Source of the DNA: Candidatus Heimdallarchaeota archaeon
GTDB taxonomy: Archaea > Asgardarchaeota > Heimdallarchaeia > Hodarchaeales > Hodarchaeaceae
Length of the DNA stretch: 64,000 nucleotides
Reading direction: 5' to 3'
Assembly (NCBI GenBank): GCA_011364965.1
Contig: RDOB01000003.1
Coordinates: 464,939 to 528,938, forward strand
The notes under the pieces are model-generated. The model did no database searches. It was given only the letters and a program-made list of their open reading frames with translations, and was not told the DNA's origin. A program made the translations under genes and the position numbers. Of the stretch, positions 59,507 to 64,000 are shown in pieces (position 1 is the stretch's first letter; every line of letters begins with the position of its first letter).

Positions 59507-62500
59507 TCAAGTGTCAACTGTTTTTCTATTCTTTTCGGCCTCAGCATAAAAGAATGGATCAGAAGCTGTGTGAGGATCAAGCGCTGACTTAATGCGGGAC
59601 AACCAAATGTGGTAATTCCCACATGCAGGACCGAACTTTTGATTTGCTTCTACACCAAATGCTGCAATGGGAACACCCAAAGCTTTATCAATTGTATCGG
59701 AAATTCCTCTTTCTACCAATTCACGTGTTGCTATTGATGATTCAGGATTTCCAGGATTATACAAAATGATTCCTTCAAGATAACCTAAATGACCGCTTTC
59801 AAATGTTCCCCCTGAGCCCAAATCACCTCCATCATCAAGAATTAACCCTTGTTTAATATAGGGCTGCTTAATTTTAGCTACATACTCTGCTTGAGCATGA
59901 GCTAGATCCCAAGTATCGAATGCACCAAGCATAGTTGCCATGCCCTGAGATGGACGAAACGCAGCTTGAGTATTGTTTGCATTGCGGAATAACAACCAGA
60001 AAAGTGTTGATTGCTTTTCACGTCTAAGTTTCTGCCAAAGCGGGAAATGTGGAATCCAATCCTGTAAGGGGCGAAATATGCGTAAGGGAAACAGTGGATC
60101 GGGAATAGGTTTGGTTAATAACCCCGTAAGTTTTAAAAACCATGGACGAAGAGGTAAGTTCATTGGAACGACAACTCCACCTGTTTCACGCCGAATTTGC
60201 TTTAACGCCTTCATTTTCCAGGCAAATTCCCCGTCTGAAGCCGAGAAAATGGCTGTACTGATAATATTGTTAGCAATTTTTTGGAAGATTCCACTCTCTA
60301 ATGCAGTTTTTAATTCCTCATTCGTATCTGTCAATCCTAAGGCAGTAAAAAACATCGCTGTACGGAATTCACCAAAATTGAGTTCCGCTTCACCCATTTT
60401 GTAACCAGCATCTTTTTCAGCTTCTCGTGATGGGAATGCAATTGCATTCATGGCGCAGCGTGGTGGTACTTTCTTTAAAACGTATTTAGGAGATTTTCCT
60501 TCTACCTCCCACTCTCGCGGGCCATCCCACTTATACAGCTTGATGGCACAGCGTGTAAACACACCTAATCCTCCTAATGTTCCCTGAAATCCACGAACAA
60601 TTCCACGCATTGATGGTCCAGGTCCATCAGCTGAAAACCAACCACATCCTGCTCCTGCACTCCCAAGGATGATAACTTCTCCCGTTGGCAAGACCCACTC
60701 CAATCCTAGCAGATTTCGACCAGAGAAACTTGTAGCTGCGCCTGAAACTCCGTAACCCCAAGAAGCTGCGTGTGATGCTAGTAAAGAATGATTTGCACCT
60801 GAGGAAACAATATGACACGTTAATCCGTCCTTTATAATATTTGTCTGCAAGTCAGTAGCTCGGACATATGGTTCTATGACTGCAATTTGGTTCTGGATAT
60901 CAATCTCGATAGTTTGATTCATACGTTTTAAATCGAGAATAATTACGTTTTCATTCGATGCAGCCGCGGCAGCGTGAAACCCAGTTGAGATTGGTTTTGC
61001 CATGAAGCGGCTGTTAGAGCAAAATTTCATGATTTCCTGAACTTCAGAAGTAGTTTTGGGCATAACCACAGCTGCTGGACGTGGAAGCCACAAGGATCCA
61101 TCCTTATTAATAGTTTCGGGATTCATATAGTAAGCATAAGTATCAAGAACGCAAGGAGCAGTAGATACCCATTTTTTTCCAACAATTTCCTCTAGTTCTG
61201 AAATATCTCTCTCTTTGTGTATAGATACGGGTGTTTTTCGCCTTTCTGGTATATTAAACCACTTTCCTCGCTGTAATACATTTTTTGGATCGAAAATGGC
61301 CTTGATGGTTTCAACTAGTCGTGTATTGCTGGGATTTTGGTCCCAGACTAATTCTGAAGCAGAACCATAAGGTCTACTAAAGAATGCGCCAGCTGCCATT
61401 AACTGCCTCGTAGCATTTTTTTCGAGTTTCTGCAGCTGCTTTACATGTTGGGAGGAGGTTGGATCATAAGGAATGAGTAATTCAATATGACATGCGTGGT
61501 TCTGAACCATTGGTTGAATATAAATGCCAATTTCTGAATTACTGATACCTAGCTCACTTGCTAGTTCCGCAAAGACTGTTAAAAACCCAGGTACACGATT
61601 TAGTGTCGATTGGAAGATAATAGACAGGCAACCACCACGCAAAGTGTCACGCCAATCCTTAACACCACAAGTTTGAGTAGCTTTTTCAAATAACTTTACT
61701 GCAGAGAGATCTCCAATGCAAGGTTCGAGCTGTAAGTTATTCGGATAAGCAATTTGTTCAATATCGTGTTTATGGTAAACTAGCCGTTCTTGAGGTAACC
61801 TCTCGAATCCAGCTATACTTTGAAGACATATAAACTCAGGTAGAGAACTCCTAAAGTCATTGAATTCTTGGATGCTCTCAGCTGACATTAAAAGTGAGGC
61901 AGCTGTACGATTCAGAATAAATGATTGCTCTCCGAGTAACCCTCGTTGCACAGCATAAACATAATCAAATAAATCTGTTAATTGTTCAGCTCCAACTAAA
62001 TAATGTTCCTGTATAGTGGGGAGGATCTCAGTTCGAAGTGTTATCCAGGTAACAATGCCAAAGGTACCTTGAGATCCCATTACTACACGATGAAAATCGG
62101 TTTGTGATGGACCTGACGGATATTTCTGAGCACCTCCAGAATGGCGTTGCTGTTCGATACTTCCAGGCCCTCCTGCAGCTCCTGTTCGAAATCGTTCCCC
62201 ACTACCAAAAAAGAACTCAGTACTCCCGACAGGATCCCCACTATCCCATTGTTTATTTGCCCAAGTGCTCGGTTCTCTGTCCATTACTGCAGCTAGTACG
62301 CTTTTTCCATCTCGAGGTGCTAGAGGCATAGGAATGGTCATTCCATGGGACAGCAGTGTATTCTTAAGTTGTTTATAGGTTACTCCAGGCTCCACACGAC
62401 AAACACGGTTACGGCGATCGATTAAATCTATCTTTTTCCAGTGAGACAAATCCACCTGAATATGGCGTTCTTGATTTATGATTCCTCCTTTGCGGTGTTT

Positions 62501-62722
62501 ACCTGTGGAGGATGTAACAGTCAAGTTAAGATCACGTTCGTTAGCAAAGTGGATAATATTACCTAGCTCATCAATATTCTCAGGTCGTACAATACAGATA
62601 GGAGAATAGCCCAGCTCTTGTAATCCGTACATGGTTGTACAGCATAAATCCTCTGGATTTGCGTTCAAGGTACCAGCAGGCATTATTTTTCTCAATTGTG
62701 TAATGAAATCAGATTGTTTCAT
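59507..62722 (-). CDS. Fused double FAD-binding (PCMH/GlcD-like) oxidoreductase
   Basis: Two FAD-binding modules (VRPEN..EL, VEPGVTY, GSQGTFGIVT, K.IFDP.N; VVMPKTTSEV, LDLKRMN, GTLGGLGVFT, KSALDP). Confidence 0.88.
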   Translation of the reverse strand: MKQSDFITQLRKIMPAGTLNANPEDLCCTTMYGLQELGYSPICIVRPENIDELGNIIHFANERDLNLTVTSSTGKHRKGGIINQERHIQVDLSHWKKIDLIDRRNRVCRVEPGVTYKQLKNTLLSHGMTIPMPLAPRDGKSVLAAVMDREPSTWANKQWDSGDPVGSTEFFFGSGERFRTGAAGGPGSIEQQRHSGGAQKYPSGPSQTDFHRVVMGSQGTFGIVTWITLRTEILPTIQEHYLVGAEQLTDLFDYVYAVQRGLLGEQSFILNRTAASLLMSAESIQEFNDFRSSLPEFICLQSIAGFERLPQERLVYHKHDIEQIAYPNNLQLEPCIGDLSAVKLFEKATQTCGVKDWRDTLRGGCLSIIFQSTLNRVPGFLTVFAELASELGISNSEIGIYIQPMVQNHACHIELLIPYDPTSSQHVKQLQKLEKNATRQLMAAGAFFSRPYGSASELVWDQNPSNTRLVETIKAIFDPKNVLQRGKWFNIPERRKTPVSIHKERDISELEEIVGKKWVSTAPCVLDTYAYYMNPETINKDGSLWLPRPAAVVMPKTTSEVQEIMKFCSNSRFMAKPISTGFHAAAAASNENVIILDLKRMNQTIEIDIQNQIAVIEPYVRATDLQTNIIKDGLTCHIVSSGANHSLLASHAASWGYGVSGAATSFSGRNLLGLEWVLPTGEVIILGSAGAGCGWFSADGPGPSMRGIVRGFQGTLGGLGVFTRCAIKLYKWDGPREWEVEGKSPKYVLKKVPPRCAMNAIAFPSREAEKDAGYKMGEAELNFGEFRTAMFFTALGLTDTNEELKTALESGIFQKIANNIISTAIFSASDGEFAWKMKALKQIRRETGGVVVPMNLPLRPWFLKLTGLLTKPIPDPLFPLRIFRPLQDWIPHFPLWQKLRREKQSTLFWLLFRNANNTQAAFRPSQGMATMLGAFDTWDLAHAQAEYVAKIKQPYIKQGLILDDGGDLGSGGTFESGHLGYLEGIILYNPGNPESSIATRELVERGISDTIDKALGVPIAAFGVEANQKFGPACGNYHIWLSRIKSALDPHTASDPFFYAEAEKNRKTVDT

Positions 62723-62726
62723 TGTA

Positions 62727-63971
62727 TTATTCCAGTCCTACGGCTTCATATACTAGATCTACTAGATCTACTACTGGTAGAGTTACTTCTTCCTGCCAGC
62801 GACTTAGGTTGTGTCTACAGTGCTGACAACAAGTAACTAACATTTCTGCATTCACATCACGAGCTTCATCGAGGCGATGGATGGCTGCCGATCGGGATAC
62901 ATTAGGGTGGGCATCTGGAACTCCCCCTCCTCCACCACAGCAGTATGAATGCTCTCGGATTCGGTACATCTCAACAAATTTTATTCCAGGAATCTTTCGT
63001 AAGACTTTCCTAGGTGCATCAAAAACACCATTCACCCCATAGTTTATTGATTTTGGCGGTTTAAAGTAACGCATTACTCCGTGAGTTTGGAGTTCTTCTC
63101 CATCCCATTTCTGAATTGGTTCACTTTGTCGTCCCAAATAACATGGATCATGATAAGTTATTTGTTGTTGGATGGGATAAGTTAATTGCAGCTTCCTTTT
63201 TTGGAGGAGTGTTAGGAGAAACTCGCTGACATGTAAAACCTTCGCTTTAATTAAAAAGCCGTAACGGGGATATTTGGAGCGAAACATGCCCAAATCTTCC
63301 CCGCACAAGGTGATTATGATCTCCACTGCAGTTTTATTAAGTTGATCGGTTACCTCTTGAGCTTGTTTGATAAATTCCTCTCTATGCCCTGTCCAATAGG
63401 CTTCAATCCCACTATCTGGTTCATTCCCCTCCAAAATACCGAAATCAACTTGAGAATGCTGAAGTAATAGAGCTAATTTTCGTGCGGAAGAAGCATGATG
63501 CAAATTATAGTTCGCATCGCTTCCCACATAGAGTAACACCTTGGATCTTTCTTTAGGGAGAATTTTAAGATTTAACCCCATCGCCCAATGAGAAATTGGG
63601 ATTTTTTCTGGTCTTTGTTCAAGATCTAGACCAGATTCAACTATATGTTCTTTTAGTGCCATGATGACTTCCTGTCGTTCAGCAGTCATTATAAATTTGC
63701 AAGAGACATCACATGCCCCACAGGTAGTACACGCGGAAAGGATTTGGGCTAGATCATTATCAACTTCGATCCGACCATCAAGTAATGCCAATGCCATGAC
63801 TTGGATCCCCCCTCCTGAATAAGCATGAAAATGATACTCATCAACTGGAGGACAAGCACTAATAAATTTTGTAGTTTTCTGAATAGTAGGCATAGGTACG
63901 AGTTTACATAAACTACAGCGCACACATTTTTTCATATCCTCTCGTAGGGTTTCCAATCGTTCCAAACTCAT
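62727..63971 (-). CDS. Fe-S oxidoreductase (GlcF/HdrD-like, CCG domain)
   Basis: CVRCSLC, CTTCGACDVSC ferredoxin motifs, YHDPCYLGR, CCGGGGG, TCCQHC; GAGGA RBS. Confidence 0.92.
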   Translation of the reverse strand: MSLERLETLREDMKKCVRCSLCKLVPMPTIQKTTKFISACPPVDEYHFHAYSGGGIQVMALALLDGRIEVDNDLAQILSACTTCGACDVSCKFIMTAERQEVIMALKEHIVESGLDLEQRPEKIPISHWAMGLNLKILPKERSKVLLYVGSDANYNLHHASSARKLALLLQHSQVDFGILEGNEPDSGIEAYWTGHREEFIKQAQEVTDQLNKTAVEIIITLCGEDLGMFRSKYPRYGFLIKAKVLHVSEFLLTLLQKRKLQLTYPIQQQITYHDPCYLGRQSEPIQKWDGEELQTHGVMRYFKPPKSINYGVNGVFDAPRKVLRKIPGIKFVEMYRIREHSYCCGGGGGVPDAHPNVSRSAAIHRLDEARDVNAEMLVTCCQHCRHNLSRWQEEVTLPVVDLVDLVYEAVGLE

Positions 63972-64000
63972 ATTAGTTCCTCTTATAACGGTTTGAATAT

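Overview
AT-rich archaeal genomic DNA, most consistent with an Asgard archaeon (Heimdallarchaeia/Hodarchaeales-like). This is inferred from GGAGG/GAGGTGA-type ribosome-binding sites, a giant soluble multi-PAS histidine kinase, an hSSB1-like single-OB SSB and eukaryote-like zinc-finger/winged-helix architectures. The window is an accessory region of about 45 genes (transporters, sensors, acyl/methyltransferases, oxidoreductases) plus a few eroded gene remnants. I found no rRNA, tRNA, CRISPR array or intact transposase. Most unusual loci: (1) a two-gene dCache-HAMP receptor pair, one ending in TPR+VWA and one with no output domain, both with an Arg-to-Glu swap in the ligand motif, transcribed divergently from a bacterial-type arginine decarboxylase; (2) a P2-type ATPase with His/Cys replacing Ca2+ ligands in M6 and two fused CDF-type C-terminal domains, divergent from a VIT1 transporter across a perfect palindrome; (3) a beta-propeller/winged-helix protein ending in an 8-Cys finger resembling FYVE or the TFIIH p44 C4C4 RING; (4) a stand-alone kinase with PI3K/PI4K-like DRH..N/DFG motifs; (5) an SPFH + NAD-kinase-like operon preceded by a degenerate NAD-kinase-wHTH fusion. 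All family calls come from motif recognition by eye; no searches were run.
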